Positions 22,427 through 33,511 are shown, numbered from the whole stretch's first letter. The stretch is DNA of 63,974 nt, filler included, from 4 parts of 4 records of this genome joined end to end with filler, not necessarily neighbours in it, one strand, 5' to 3'. Translations and numbers: made by a program. Notes: generated from the sequence alone by a model not told the origin.

Positions 22427-22894
22427 ATGCAATTTTCTCACTGCTTCATTGCGCTATGTACAAGCGCAATAATTTATGGCGGCGGAATGTCGTCATCAGC
22501 AAAGGCAACTGACTCCTGGACAATGACTGTCGGGCCGAATCTCACGCTCACACAGGACGGGGTGCACAAAGATTGTTACTTCACGGGGCCGAAGCAAGGG
22601 ACAGTGATAACTGGATATTGCAATTGCGGGCCAATCGACGACGATTGCAGCGCCACAATGAAGGCTACTTATACGAGCCCCATCAATCCAGAGATGACCT
22701 TCGACTGCATGGTTTGGGTAGATGATCCCTCGATCGGCGATATGGGAGCTGCGGCTTCGAGCTTCGATGACAGCACCCTCGTCAATAACGCGCAGTGCAT
22801 TCTTCTCGATGTACAATCCACGAGTGGAGCCTCGGATTACAATTGGACCGCCACAATGATCCCCACCGCCCTTGTCGACGGCATCGCAGATTAA
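22427..22894 (+). CDS. Secreted cysteine-containing hypothetical protein (paralogue 1)
   Basis: AGGAG RBS, signal peptide ending AKA; motifs shared with next ORF. Confidence 0.8.
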   Translation: MQFSHCFIALCTSAIIYGGGMSSSAKATDSWTMTVGPNLTLTQDGVHKDCYFTGPKQGTVITGYCNCGPIDDDCSATMKATYTSPINPEMTFDCMVWVDDPSIGDMGAAASSFDDSTLVNNAQCILLDVQSTSGASDYNWTATMIPTALVDGIAD

Positions 22895-22904
22895 GGAGAT
22901 GGAG

Positions 22905-23426
22905 ATGAAATACATTCTTGGGTTAACGTGCGCACGGTCTTGGCGGCATAGCTTGGCTTTAAAAGCCGGTATTCTAGTATTTGTGGTGGCCTTTTCGCTC
23001 TCCATCTCGACTGAAGCACAGGCCCGCGATTCTTGGATTGTCACATCGGACAGTCCGATCACCCTAACCTATTCATCCAGTGACTCCGGATGCGGGACCG
23101 ACAGCATATCGAATAACAGCGTGACCGGTCATTGCAAGGCGGGAGTGCTCGAGAGTCAGGGGCTGACCCTGAAAGCCACCTATACAAACCCGGATCACAC
23201 GGAAGTGAGCTTTTTCTGCGAGGTTTACGTCTCGGACCCCTCCATTGGCGACATGAGTGCGGCGGTCGGAGACTTTGAGATCTCCGATCACAAGCAGTAC
23301 CTATTGGAACAGGCATACTGCATGCTCATGAAGGTGACGCAAACCAGCGCCCCTGGCAAAGATTACGCCTGGAACGTCAGTGTGATTAAGTCGCCAGCCA
23401 CCGGCAATGGAACCTCTGAACAGTAG
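22905..23426 (+). CDS. Secreted cysteine-containing hypothetical protein (paralogue 2)
   Basis: AAGGAG 6 nt before ATG 22905; signal peptide ending AQA; DSW, KATYT.P, DPSIGDM.AA, DY.W shared with previous ORF. Confidence 0.8.
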   Translation: MKYILGLTCARSWRHSLALKAGILVFVVAFSLSISTEAQARDSWIVTSDSPITLTYSSSDSGCGTDSISNNSVTGHCKAGVLESQGLTLKATYTNPDHTEVSFFCEVYVSDPSIGDMSAAVGDFEISDHKQYLLEQAYCMLMKVTQTSAPGKDYAWNVSVIKSPATGNGTSEQ

Positions 23427-23684
23427 CGAACGATTGAGTAAGGCTCTGGAAGAAGAACACAAGCCCCAGAGCCTTGCTCTCCGACATTCTCATCTAAAAT
23501 AGACTTAAGAGAATACACTCCTTAATTCCCTGAACGAGCTGGCAACGACAAAGCGCACTCCATCCGCCCTACTCCCCCCAATTCACGCCACCATTCATTC
23601 CCGGCACACCGTTTACCAACACGCGATCACCCCCCAGAATACACTCAAAAGAAAAACGTCCGCGCCCCGGGGAGGCCCACCAAT

Positions 23685-24293
23685 ATGACGCCGACATTGG
23701 ACAGTATCCTCGCCCTGCTCGCCATGGCGCTGCCGCTAATGGGGAGTCCCGGTCCCGCCATCGTCGCAGTCACAGCGAATGGCGCTGCCTTTGGTGTCCG
23801 CGCCAGTCTGCCGTTTCTGTTCGGCATCTATGCCGGGGTGTTCACCGTGCTGTGCCTGACCGCGTCGGGCGTCACCGGGTTGCTGCTCGCCCTGCCCGGT
23901 GCCGGGCCGGTTCTTGTCGGTGCCGCCATCCTCTACATGCTCTATCTCGCCTACAAGATCGCCACCGCGCCCTTGCCCGGCATGGATGCCGATGCGGGGG
24001 CCGCCGCGCCGGGTTTTATCCCGGGCTATGGTGTGTCGCTGGTCAATGTAAAAGCCTACACGGTGTTCACGGCGCTCTATGCCGGAAACGTTCTGATCGA
24101 GACGGACCCGATTGCGGATATGCTGTTCAAGCTTGGCGTGCTGACCTGCGTCATGCTGGTCGTGAACGGCACCTGGCTGGTGTTCGGCGGTGTGTTCGCC
24201 AGCTTTATCCGGTCGCCGAAAATCGGACGGGCGTTCAATATCATCATGGCGATATTGCTGCTGGTGTCCGTCGCGCTTGCGGTGAAGCCGTGA
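23685..24293 (+). CDS. LysE/RhtB family translocator
   Basis: SPGPA, G.RASLPF..G, Y.LYLAYKIA, N.KAY; hydrophobic. Confidence 0.9.
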   Translation: MTPTLDSILALLAMALPLMGSPGPAIVAVTANGAAFGVRASLPFLFGIYAGVFTVLCLTASGVTGLLLALPGAGPVLVGAAILYMLYLAYKIATAPLPGMDADAGAAAPGFIPGYGVSLVNVKAYTVFTALYAGNVLIETDPIADMLFKLGVLTCVMLVVNGTWLVFGGVFASFIRSPKIGRAFNIIMAILLLVSVALAVKP

Positions 24294-24349
24294 GTGCGGG
24301 CTAACTGGGTACGGCTTACGGCTCTTACCACCGCACGACTGGATCCTGC

Positions 24350-25213
24350 GTGTCTCTGTTCCTCTTTGTCAGCACGGCCCTGATCTGGGCAACGGGCGCG
24401 TTTGTCACGACCCTGCAGGCCGGTATCGTGCCGATTCCGGTTTCGGTCGGCTATCGCATGCTGCTGATGACCGTCGCCATGCTTGCCGTGATCTTCGTGA
24501 CACGCACCCCGCTCCGGGTGCGCCGCACGGATGTGCCCTGGCTGATGATGCACGCAGCGACGTTTTTCGCGTTCAATTTCATCTGCTTCTATAACGCCAC
24601 GACCTATATCCCGAGCGGCGTGGCGACGCTGGCCCTGTCAACCTCGCCGATCTTCGCCACCATCATCGGCTTTCTGGTGCTTGGGGAGACCGTGCGCGCC
24701 CGAGCCATCCTTGGCATGGTGATCGGTATCGGCGGGCTCGGCCTGATCGTCGCACCGGACCTTGGCGATCTCTCTGGCGGCTCGACATTGCTATTCGGCA
24801 TGCTCTGGGCGCTCGGGGCCTCGTTCGGCACAGCCGTCGGCACCGTGATCGGGGCCCGCAACCAGCGCGCGGGCGTACCGCCCTTCGCGACGAACTTCTG
24901 GGGCGCGCTCGGCGGCGCGGGAATCGGCTTCGGGTTGGCGCTGGCGGGCGGCCTGCCCATCGTCATCGACTGGTCGCTGCGCTATATCGGCTCCCTGCTC
25001 TATCTCGGGATCGCGGCGTCCTGCGTGGCCTTTCTGATGTTCTTCAGCCTGGTCACCCGGATCGGCCCTGGCCGGGCAGCCTATATCTTCACCGTCGTAC
25101 CGGTTATCGCGCTGCTGATTTCGACCGTCCTGGAAGGCGTAGAGCTGACCACGATCATCATCGGCGGCACGGCCATGATCCTGACCGGCAATGTGCTGGT
25201 TCTGAAACGCTAA
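24350..25213 (+). CDS. DMT/EamA family transporter
   Basis: About 10 TM segments, LIW, LLYLGI.AS..AF, RIGPGRAAY, P.IAL..S...EG. Confidence 0.9.
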   Translation: MSLFLFVSTALIWATGAFVTTLQAGIVPIPVSVGYRMLLMTVAMLAVIFVTRTPLRVRRTDVPWLMMHAATFFAFNFICFYNATTYIPSGVATLALSTSPIFATIIGFLVLGETVRARAILGMVIGIGGLGLIVAPDLGDLSGGSTLLFGMLWALGASFGTAVGTVIGARNQRAGVPPFATNFWGALGGAGIGFGLALAGGLPIVIDWSLRYIGSLLYLGIAASCVAFLMFFSLVTRIGPGRAAYIFTVVPVIALLISTVLEGVELTTIIIGGTAMILTGNVLVLKR

Positions 25214-25227
25214 CCGATACCGGCACG

Positions 25228-26004
25228 TTAGCTGGCGCGGCGGCTCTCCTCTTCCTGGGCCTTCTCGTCCCAGACCTGGATGAAGCGCATCTGGCTCGAA
25301 TTGATCTCCAGCGCTGTCAGCACACCGGTATTCACCGCCCCACTATCAATACCGATACGGTGGTCATGCACCTCAGGCTCACCATGGTTCCACTCGACGG
25401 TGTGGCCATGCACGACGGTCAGCTCGAACGGCCAGACTTCCGGATTGAGGAACGGGTCCCGTATCCAGCAGAGCGTTTTCAGGGTCTGCGCGGTAAGCGG
25501 CTGGCGCGGATCGATCCCGGCATGGACGAACATGTAATCGTCCACCCGGTAGGTGACCGACATGGATTTGATGAAATCCTGTACAGGCTGCGGCAAACGG
25601 CGCCGGGTCTGCATGACCATGTCGCGGGCGCCGACCAGCCGGCTGATGCCAAGGCTGCGCCAGGTTTCTTCGCCACCATTGGCGCCCCAGAACCGAAGAT
25701 CGTCATCCTCAAGCGTGCCGTCCACCGCCTGCCGCAGCCAGTAATCATGATTGCCGACGAGGCAGATATCCTCGACCGGCCTCTTCGTGAAGGCGCTCAG
25801 GCCGCCCAGCGCAAGGCCGAGCACTTCCAGGCTGTCCGGACCCCGGTCGATCAGATCGCCGAGCAGGATGGCCGTCACCCGCTCCGGTTTCAGCCGGGCG
25901 ATATCCTCGGCCAGCGCCTCGTAGAGTGCGGTCAGCAGATCGGCCCGGCCATGCACGTCGCCGATCGCCACCACCATATGCCCGTTACTGATTTGCCTCG
26001 GCAC
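25228..26004 (-). CDS. Metallophosphoesterase (PphA/ApaH-like Ser/Thr phosphatase)
   Basis: GDVHG, GDLIDRGPDS, GNHD, FVHAGI, VHGHT, IDSGA. Confidence 0.92.
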   Translation of the reverse strand: MPRQISNGHMVVAIGDVHGRADLLTALYEALAEDIARLKPERVTAILLGDLIDRGPDSLEVLGLALGGLSAFTKRPVEDICLVGNHDYWLRQAVDGTLEDDDLRFWGANGGEETWRSLGISRLVGARDMVMQTRRRLPQPVQDFIKSMSVTYRVDDYMFVHAGIDPRQPLTAQTLKTLCWIRDPFLNPEVWPFELTVVHGHTVEWNHGEPEVHDHRIGIDSGAVNTGVLTALEINSSQMRFIQVWDEKAQEEESRRAS

Positions 26005-26215
26005 TTCGCGCCACTCATAGCGGCGTATTTCAAGTTGCGGGTCCAGTTGGCTCTCCGGTCAAGACGCAACGCGGCAGAGCCGCGCCAATGCCCCATCATA
26101 TGGCGGCATGAGGCCGGGGAGCAAATCGTCTCCGACCAAATTTTGCTGCAGGTTCTTGAATCAAAACGGCGCGGCCAAATGCATGGCCGCGCCGCAGAAA
26201 CCTATAAGCCCGGGC

Positions 26216-27895
26216 TTAGATCCGGTTGACCGCGCTCATCACAGCCCGGATCGGGGCCATGGTGATCGAGGTGTCGATGCCGACACCGAAGACGCTGCGG
26301 CCATTCGCATCCGGCACGTTCAGCTCGATATAGGCCGCCGCCTCGGCCCGGGAGCCGACGGAACGGGTATGCTCGGTATAGTCTTTTAGCCGGAAATTCA
26401 GGCCGAACGTATTGCGGAGGCCGTTCACGAAGGCCGAGATCGGGCCATTGCCCTCGGCTTCGACCACATGATCCTTGCCCTCATGCTTCACCACCGCCGT
26501 GATGTGCTCGCGCTCGTTCGATCCCTCGATCGATTTCGACGAGAAGGAGACCAGCTCGAACGGTGCATCCGGCTGCTCGATGAATTCCGATTGGAAGGTC
26601 GACCAGATGGTTTCGCTGTTGATCTCCTTGCCAGTGGCATCGGTGATCTTCTGGATCGCCTGACTGAAATGGGCCTGCGCCGGCTTTGGCAGTTTGATCG
26701 CATGATCGGTTTCGAGCAGATAGGCAACGCCGCCTTTGCCGGACTGGCTGTTGACCCGGATGATGGCCTCGTAATCGCGACCGATATCCTGCGGGTCGAT
26801 CGGCAGATAAGGGACTTCCCAATGCGGCTCGTTCGCCTTGCGGATCGCCTGCATACCCTTGTTGATGGCATCCTGGTGCGAGCCGGAAAAGGCCGTATGC
26901 ACCAGCTCGCCCGCATAGGGATGACGGGGATGGATCGGCAGCTGGTTGCAATATTCCGCCGTCTCCATCAGGCCGTTGATATTGGAAAAATCCAGCTCCG
27001 GATCGACGCCCTGGGTGAACAGGTTCAAGCCCAGAGTGACCAGATCGACATTGCCGGTCCGCTCGCCATTGCCGAACAGGGTGCCTTCGACCCGGTCCGC
27101 ACCGGCCATGACCGCCATTTCCGTCGCCGCGATGCCGGTGCCCCGGTCATTATGCGGATGGACACAGAGGATGATCGAGTCGCGGCGGGTGAAATTCCGG
27201 TGCATCCACTCGATCTGATCGGCATAGATGTTCGGGGTCGACATCTCGACCGTGGACGGCAGGTTGATGATCACCGGGTTTTCCGGCGTCGGCTGCCAGA
27301 CATCCATCACCGCTTCGCAAACTTCCAGCGCGTAATCCAGCTCGGTACCGGTGAAACTTTCCGGTGAATATTGCAGCCGTACCTTCGTGCCGGCCTCTTC
27401 CAGACGGGCGAGCCGGTCCTTCACCATGATCGCGCCTTCAACGGCGATCTTCTTGACGCCAGCCTGGTCCTCATTGAACACAACCCGGCGCTGCAGCTCC
27501 GAGGTCGAGTTATAGAGATGGACGATGGCGCTCTTGGCGCCCATCAGGCTTTCGATGGTCCGCTCGATCAGATGCTCGCGGGCCTGGGTCAGCACCTGGA
27601 TGGTCACGTCATCGGGGATCAGCCCCCCCTCGATGATCTCACGGACAAAATTGAAATCGGTGTCGGACGCGCTCGGGAAACCAACCTCGATTTCCTTGAA
27701 GCCCATCTCGACCAGCGTCTTGAACATCCGGTGCTTGCGCGCGCTGTCCATCGGATCGACCAGTGCCTGGTTACCGTCCCGCAGATCGACGCTGCACCAG
27801 ATCGGTGCCTTGTCGATGATCTTCGAGGGCCATGTCCGGTCCGGCAGATCGACCCGGGCATAGGCGCGGTATTTTTCGATCGGCATATGGTTCAT
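26216..27895 (-). CDS. leuA: 2-isopropylmalate synthase
   Basis: [61 protein letters not shown]; start placed after GGAG. Confidence 0.96.
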   Translation of the reverse strand: MNHMPIEKYRAYARVDLPDRTWPSKIIDKAPIWCSVDLRDGNQALVDPMDSARKHRMFKTLVEMGFKEIEVGFPSASDTDFNFVREIIEGGLIPDDVTIQVLTQAREHLIERTIESLMGAKSAIVHLYNSTSELQRRVVFNEDQAGVKKIAVEGAIMVKDRLARLEEAGTKVRLQYSPESFTGTELDYALEVCEAVMDVWQPTPENPVIINLPSTVEMSTPNIYADQIEWMHRNFTRRDSIILCVHPHNDRGTGIAATEMAVMAGADRVEGTLFGNGERTGNVDLVTLGLNLFTQGVDPELDFSNINGLMETAEYCNQLPIHPRHPYAGELVHTAFSGSHQDAINKGMQAIRKANEPHWEVPYLPIDPQDIGRDYEAIIRVNSQSGKGGVAYLLETDHAIKLPKPAQAHFSQAIQKITDATGKEINSETIWSTFQSEFIEQPDAPFELVSFSSKSIEGSNEREHITAVVKHEGKDHVVEAEGNGPISAFVNGLRNTFGLNFRLKDYTEHTRSVGSRAEAAAYIELNVPDANGRSVFGVGIDTSITMAPIRAVMSAVNRI

Positions 27896-28109
27896 CACTT
27901 CAACTCCCATGGGCGGCGCATTTTCCTGTGGGCGCCTGCCCGTTTTTTTACATTCAAATTCTGTTCCTGAATGCGCGCGTCCTTCGAACCGTGCCTGCAA
28001 AAAGGCCGACGGAGAAGAGTCTCTGTTCGATTGTGTGAAGCGGGATGGTGATCCATCGGTAGCGCATCAGCACGGCTCAAGCATAGACGAGCGACGTGAC
28101 CCGGACTCT

Positions 28110-28166
28110 CTAAAGAGCCGGGATCCTAAGTCGTAGCGCCAAGCCGAGGTGTGTGTGCGTCAACAT
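28110..28166 (-). CDS. Putative leucine-sensing leader peptide of leuA (MLTHTHLGLALRLRIPAL)
   Basis: 18 codons, 6 Leu (TTG, CTC, TTG, CTA, CTT, CTT); stop codon lies in the loop of a hairpin; same strand and upstream of leuA. Confidence 0.7.
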   Translation of the reverse strand: MLTHTHLGLALRLRIPAL

Positions 28167-28221
28167 ATCACGCGAAAAGTAGCCAGAATCCGGTATATCA
28201 GTCAAGCCATGAGCATGCGTT

Positions 28222-28235
28222 TTGACCTGGATCAT
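28222..28235. promoter_or_regulatory. FNR/FnrL-type box upstream of hemA
   Basis: TTGAC-CTGG-ATCAT, two mismatches to TTGAT-N4-ATCAA. Confidence 0.55.
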
Positions 28236-28291
28236 TAATCCCGGTCGAAAAACGCGAGAGAATGAAGCCGTATAAAACCGGGAGAGAGGCT

Positions 28292-29503
28292 GTGAACCTC
28301 TTCGATATCTGCCGCGACGAGCTGGACCGGATCAAGGCCGAGGACCGCTATCGCGTGTTCGCCGATCTGGAAAAGCAGGCGGACAAATTCCCCTACTACA
28401 AGCATCACCGGGACGGCCGCGTGGAGCAGGTCCTGGTCTGGTGCTCGAACGATTATCTGGCGATGGGGCAGAGCGACGTGCTGCGCGGCGCCGTGCATGA
28501 AGCCGTTGAGCAGACCGGCGTCGGTGCCGGCGGCACCCGGAATATATCCGGCACCAGCCACTACCATGTCGCGCTTGAGGACGAGTTGGCCGACTGGCAC
28601 CAGAAGGAAGCGGCCCTGATTTTCACATCGGGCTACATTGCCAACGAAGCGAGCCTTTCGACCCTGCTCAGCGCGTCGCCGAACATGGATGTGTTCTCCG
28701 ACCAGAAGAACCATGCCTCGATGATTCAGGGCATCCGCAAGGGCAAGGCCCGCAAGCATATCTTCCGGCATAACGATCTCGCGCATCTGCGCGCGCTGCT
28801 GGAAACGGCCGATCCCGAGAGCCACAAGATGGTCGCCTTCGAAAGCGTCTATTCAATGGACGGCGATATTGGCCTGATCGAGGAAATCTGCGATCTCGCC
28901 CATGAATTCAACGCGATAACCTATCTCGACGAAGTGCACGCGGTCGGCATGTACGGCCCGCGTGGCGCTGGCATCGCCGAACGGGACGGCGTGCTGGACA
29001 AGGTCGATCTGATCGAGGGCACGCTCGGCAAGGCCATCGGTGTGCATGGCGGCTACCTCGCCGGCCCGGCCCATGTGCTGGACTATATCCGCAGCGTCGC
29101 GCCCGGCTTCATCTTCACTACATCCCTGCCTCCGATGGTCGCCGCCGCCGCAACCGCGAGCATCCGGCACCTGAAGGAAAGCAGCCAGGAACGGGCCATG
29201 CAGCAGCAGCAGGCTGCCCGCCTGAAGGAAGCCTTCGCCAATGCGGGCCTGCCAGTGATGCCGTCGGAAAGCCACATCGTGCCGCTGCTGGTCGGCGACG
29301 CGGCCAAGGCCCGGGAATTCTCCGACCGGCTGCTCTACGATCACAATATCTACGTGACGGCAATCAACTATCCGACCGTGGACACGGGAACGGAGCGCCT
29401 GCGCTTCACGCCGACGCCGCGCCACACGGATGCGATGATCTCGGAGCTGGTGAATATTCTGGTGCCGATGTTCCAGGAAGCGGGGATCCGGAAGAGCGCG
29501 TAA
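28292..29503 (+). CDS. hemA: 5-aminolevulinate synthase
   Basis: [58 protein letters not shown] start after GAGAGG (ATG 28262 alternative). Confidence 0.96.
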   Translation: MNLFDICRDELDRIKAEDRYRVFADLEKQADKFPYYKHHRDGRVEQVLVWCSNDYLAMGQSDVLRGAVHEAVEQTGVGAGGTRNISGTSHYHVALEDELADWHQKEAALIFTSGYIANEASLSTLLSASPNMDVFSDQKNHASMIQGIRKGKARKHIFRHNDLAHLRALLETADPESHKMVAFESVYSMDGDIGLIEEICDLAHEFNAITYLDEVHAVGMYGPRGAGIAERDGVLDKVDLIEGTLGKAIGVHGGYLAGPAHVLDYIRSVAPGFIFTTSLPPMVAAAATASIRHLKESSQERAMQQQQAARLKEAFANAGLPVMPSESHIVPLLVGDAAKAREFSDRLLYDHNIYVTAINYPTVDTGTERLRFTPTPRHTDAMISELVNILVPMFQEAGIRKSA

Positions 29504-29510
29504 ACAAAAC

Positions 29511-29594
29511 CGTTTTCCCGGACTTGATCCAGGACCTTTGTGATCACAAGGCGCGCCCTACACTGAAAGGCCCCGGATCAAGTCCGGGGAAACG
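29511..29594. repeat. REP-like inverted-repeat dimer between convergent genes
   Basis: CGTTTTCCCGGACTTGATCC..ACCTTT spacer AAAGG..CCGGATCAAGTCCGGGGAAACG. Confidence 0.75.
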
Positions 29595-29608
29595 ATTAAA
29601 GAGATTGC

Positions 29609-30208
29609 TTAAACCCCAAGCTTTTCCTGGATCAACGCCGCGTTTTCGTCGAGCTCGGCCGTCGTCCCCGTCCAGACGACCTGGCCTTTTTCGACCACAT
29701 AATGCCGGTCTGCGATCCGTTTCAGATCGTCGATATTCTTGTCGATGACAAGGATCGCCTGCCCGGCCTTCTTCAAGCGTTCCAGACAGTTCCAGATCTC
29801 GTGACGGATCAGCGGGGCCAATCCCTCGGTCGCCTCGTCGAGGATCAGCAGCTTCGGATTGGTCATCAGCGCCCGGCCGATGGCGAGCATCTGCTGCTCA
29901 CCGCCGGACAGCAGATTGGCCATCGACGTCATCCGGACTTCCAGCTCCGGGAACATCGCCAGCACGCTCTCGACGGTCCAGGGATCACGGGAATTGAACC
30001 GGTTCGCCGCAGTCGCGATGAGATTTTCGCGCACGCTGAGGTTCGGGAAGACCTGGCGGCCTTCCGGCACCAGCCCGATGCCGTAGCGGGCGATCCGGTA
30101 TGCGGGTGCCCTGGTGATGTCGTCCGCCTCGAAGACGATGCGGCCCGAAGCAGGCCGCACGATGCCCATGATCGAGTTCACGGTGGTGGTCTTGCCCATG
30201 CCGTTGCG
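29609..30208 (-). CDS. Branched-chain amino acid-type ABC transporter ATP-binding protein (LivF-like), 5'-truncated at contig end
   Basis: RNGMGKTT, LVPEGRQVFPNL.V.ENL, LSGGEQQMLAIGRAL, LILDEATEGLAP. Confidence 0.92.
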   Translation of the reverse strand, partial: RNGMGKTTTVNSIMGIVRPASGRIVFEADDITRAPAYRIARYGIGLVPEGRQVFPNLSVRENLIATAANRFNSRDPWTVESVLAMFPELEVRMTSMANLLSGGEQQMLAIGRALMTNPKLLILDEATEGLAPLIRHEIWNCLERLKKAGQAILVIDKNIDDLKRIADRHYVVEKGQVVWTGTTAELDENAALIQEKLGV

Positions 30209-30308
30209 NNNNNNNNNNNNNNNNNNNNNNNNNNNNNNNNNNNNNNNNNNNNTTAATTAATTAANNNNNNNNNNNNNNNNNNNNNNNNNNNNNNNNNNNN
30301 NNNNNNNN
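30209..30308. other. Artificial contig linker
   Basis: N44-TTAATTAATTAA-N44 (stops in all six frames). Confidence 0.99.
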
Positions 30309-30810
30309 GGTTCAGAGCGGGGAAACCCTGATGATCGATTCAGGGTCTACAACGATCCAGATGGCGCGATCGCTGGCCTATCTGGGCACGTCGTGTACGG
30401 TGATCACCAATTCGATCCCGGTTGCCATGACGCTGGGACATGGTGCAGCCGAAGTCCTGTTGTGCCCGGGCGAATACATGGCTGCTGAATCCGCGCTGGT
30501 CGGAACCGAAACACTGGAATTTCTGCGACGATTTCATGTTGATCATTGCATGATCGGTGCGTCAGGGTTGTCCGAGGAGGGGCCATCCGAAACCGTCCGT
30601 GGATTCGCAGCCGTCAAGCGCGTGATGCTGCGTCAGGGCGCAAGACGACATTTGCTGATCGACGAACAGAAATTCGGCCGAAAGGGTCTCGCCTTGGTTG
30701 GATCGCTTGACGCGTTGGATACCATCATCACCGACAACAAGCCCAAGGGGGATTTGCTGTCAGCGTTGGATCTGGCCGACGTTCACATTTCGGTCGCAGA
30801 CCATGACTAA
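30309..30810 (+). CDS. DeoR/GlpR family regulator, C-terminal sensor domain (5'-truncated)
   Basis: IDSGSTT, VITNS, IGASG, KFG, IITD. Confidence 0.88.
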
Positions 30811-30862
30811 GAAGACAAAAACAAGAGCGGCCCCAACGGTCGCATGTCAGGAAGGGAAAAAA

Positions 30863-31837
30863 ATGTCACTTAACATCAATCACCTGCTGGGCGCTTCTGC
30901 CATTGCACTTATGGCGATGGGCACAACCGCATCTGCTCAGGATTGTCCGCGCGGCGATCTGGACGAACGCTATTGCGATGTGGACGGCGACCTGATCGCC
31001 GACATTCCGACCGACGCAGCGGACCAGATCGACCCGGACACACTGATTTTTGCCTATACCCCGGTTGAAGATCCTGCCGTCTACAAAACCGCATGGGCGG
31101 ATTTCCTGGAACATCTTGAGGCCGAAACCGGCAAGGACGTCATGTTCTTCCCGGTTCAGAACAACGCTGCCCAGATCGAAGCGATGCGTTCGGGCCGTCT
31201 GCATATCGCGGGCTTCAACACGGGCTCCAACCCGCTGGCCGTCAACTGCGCCGGTTTCCGTCCGTTTACCATCATGGCAGCGCCGGACGGCAGCTTTGGC
31301 TACGAGATGGAAATCATCACCTATCCCGATTCAGGTATCGAAAAGGTCGAGGACCTCAAGGGCAAGCAGTTGGCGTTTACTGCGCCCACGTCCAACTCCG
31401 GATTCAAGGCCCCTTCGGCAATCCTCAAGGCGGACTACGGTCTGGAGCCTGAAACAGACTTTGAACCGGTTTTCTCGGGCAAGCACGACAACTCTGTTCT
31501 GGGCGTTGCCAACAAGGACTATCAGGCCGCGGCAGTCGCCAATTCGGTCATGGGCCGGATGATCGAGCGGGACGTTGTCAGCGCCGACCAGATCAAATCG
31601 ATCTACAAGTCGCAGACCTTCCCGACGACCGGCTATGGCGTGGTGTACAACCTCAAGCCCGAGCTTCAGGAGAAGATCAAGAACGCGTTCTTCAACTTTG
31701 AATGGGAAGGCTCCAGCCTGAAGGAAGAGTTCGAAAAGAACGGCGAAGGCCAGTTCCTTGAGATGAACTATCAGGAGTTCTGGGACGTTATCCGCAAGAT
31801 CGACGCGGCAAACAACGTGTCCTACGCCTGCCAGTAA
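30863..31837 (+). CDS. phnD: PhnD-like phosphate/phosphite/phosphonate ABC substrate-binding protein
   Basis: Signal peptide, FAYTPVEDP, AQIEAMRSG, AFT.PTSNSGFKAP, SGKHDNS. Confidence 0.85.
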   Translation: MSLNINHLLGASAIALMAMGTTASAQDCPRGDLDERYCDVDGDLIADIPTDAADQIDPDTLIFAYTPVEDPAVYKTAWADFLEHLEAETGKDVMFFPVQNNAAQIEAMRSGRLHIAGFNTGSNPLAVNCAGFRPFTIMAAPDGSFGYEMEIITYPDSGIEKVEDLKGKQLAFTAPTSNSGFKAPSAILKADYGLEPETDFEPVFSGKHDNSVLGVANKDYQAAAVANSVMGRMIERDVVSADQIKSIYKSQTFPTTGYGVVYNLKPELQEKIKNAFFNFEWEGSSLKEEFEKNGEGQFLEMNYQEFWDVIRKIDAANNVSYACQ

Positions 31838-31901
31838 ACCAAACCTTGATATGGCAGGTCCCTGACGGGGCCTGTCATGAACCCCTACAAAGGGTCGATG
31901 A

Positions 31902-32699
31902 ATGCTGCGCCTTCAAAAGCTGACGAAAACATACAAGACAGGTGATCAGGCGCTGAAGGCGATTGATCTAGAGGTGCCGGCGGGCCAGGTTTTGGCGCTG
32001 ATCGGACCATCGGGTGCCGGCAAGTCGACGATGATCCGCTGCATCAACCGGTTGGTGGAACCCACCAGCGGCGAGGTGATGCTGGAAGACACCGATCTTG
32101 CCAAGCTGGGCACTTTGGCGTTGCGCAAGGCGCGCCGGTCCATGGGCATGATCTTTCAGGAATATGCGCTGGTCGAACGCCTGACAGTGATGGAAAATGT
32201 GCTGTCGGGCCGTCTTGGCTATGTCGGTTTTTGGCGCAGTTTCCTGCGCCGTTTCCCGCAGTCGGATGTTGATGAGGCGTTTCGCCTGCTCGACCGGGTG
32301 GGGCTGTTGCATATGGCCGACAAGCGCGCCGATGAATTGTCAGGTGGCCAACGCCAGCGCGTCGGCATCTGCCGCGCCCTGATCCAGAACCCCAAGCTGC
32401 TGCTGGTGGATGAACCCACCGCCTCGCTTGATCCCAAGACAAGCCGCCAGATCATGCGGCTGATCACCGAACTTTGTCAGGAACGGGGGTTGGCCGCGAT
32501 CATCAACATCCATGACGTGGCGCTGGCACAGATGTTCGTGCCGCGCATCGTCGGCCTGCGGTTCGGGGAAATCGTCTTTGACGGCCCGCCGACCGGTTTG
32601 ACCAGCGACAAACTGACAGAAATCTACGGCGAGGAAGACTGGGAAGCGACCATCGAAAAGGTCGAGGACGAAGACGAAGACATCGAGGCCGCGGAATGA
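31902..32699 (+). CDS. phnC: PhnC-like ABC transporter ATP-binding protein
   Basis: [43 protein letters not shown]. Confidence 0.9.
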   Translation: MLRLQKLTKTYKTGDQALKAIDLEVPAGQVLALIGPSGAGKSTMIRCINRLVEPTSGEVMLEDTDLAKLGTLALRKARRSMGMIFQEYALVERLTVMENVLSGRLGYVGFWRSFLRRFPQSDVDEAFRLLDRVGLLHMADKRADELSGGQRQRVGICRALIQNPKLLLVDEPTASLDPKTSRQIMRLITELCQERGLAAIINIHDVALAQMFVPRIVGLRFGEIVFDGPPTGLTSDKLTEIYGEEDWEATIEKVEDEDEDIEAAE

Positions 32700-33511
32700 G
32701 CCATCGAGAGTTGGACGACATGCTGGGCAAGGGCTGGCGCAAGCCGCCCTTTATTACCAACACAAAGTTGCGGTGGGCGCTGCTGGCGGGTTTCGTCGCC
32801 TACCTGATCGCCGCATTCCTGACCATCGAGGTGGATTGGGCACGCGTCTATGCGGGTCTTGACCGGGGCGCGCAGTTTGTCCTGTCCTTCACCCGGCCAG
32901 ATTTTGTCTCCCGCGCCGGGGACATCTGGGAAGGGTTGCTGGAAAGTATCGTGATGACCGTGGCCGCGTCTGTTGTCGGCATCGCCATCTCCATTCCCAT
33001 TGGTCTGGGCGCCGCCCGAAACATCGCGCCGATGCCGGTCTATCTGGTCTGTCGCGGCATTGTGGCGGTCAGCCGGGCCCTACAGGAAATCATCGTTGCG
33101 ATCTTGCTTGTGGCCATCTTCGGCTTTGGTCCGCTGGCGGGGTTCCTGACGCTGTCCTTTGCCACCATCGGGTTCTTGTCCAAGCTGCTGGCCGAAGACA
33201 TCGAGTCGATGGACCGCGTGCAGGCCGAGGCCGTCAAGGCCAGCGGCGCGCGCTGGATGCAGTATATCAACTATGGTGTCCAACCCCAGATCCTGCCCCG
33301 GCTTGTCGGCCTGTCCATGTACCGGATCGACATCAACTTCCGCGAAAGCGCAATTCTTGGCCTTGTTGGCGCAGGCGGCATCGGTGCGACGCTGAACACT
33401 GCCTTTGACCGCTATGAATACGACACGGCGGCGGCAATTCTGATCCTGATCATCGTGATCGTCATGGGCCTCGAATACCTGTCGGGCGTCATTCGGGCGA
33501 GGGTACAGTAA
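32696..33511 (+). CDS. phnE: PhnE-like ABC permease
   Basis: [36 protein letters not shown]. Confidence 0.9.
   Translation: MSHRELDDMLGKGWRKPPFITNTKLRWALLAGFVAYLIAAFLTIEVDWARVYAGLDRGAQFVLSFTRPDFVSRAGDIWEGLLESIVMTVAASVVGIAISIPIGLGAARNIAPMPVYLVCRGIVAVSRALQEIIVAILLVAIFGFGPLAGFLTLSFATIGFLSKLLAEDIESMDRVQAEAVKASGARWMQYINYGVQPQILPRLVGLSMYRIDINFRESAILGLVGAGGIGATLNTAFDRYEYDTAAAILILIIVIVMGLEYLSGVIRARVQ

Noticed and set aside
30253-30264. TTAATTAATTAA palindrome occurring three times
   Set aside because: Identical artificial spacer inside N runs, not biological.
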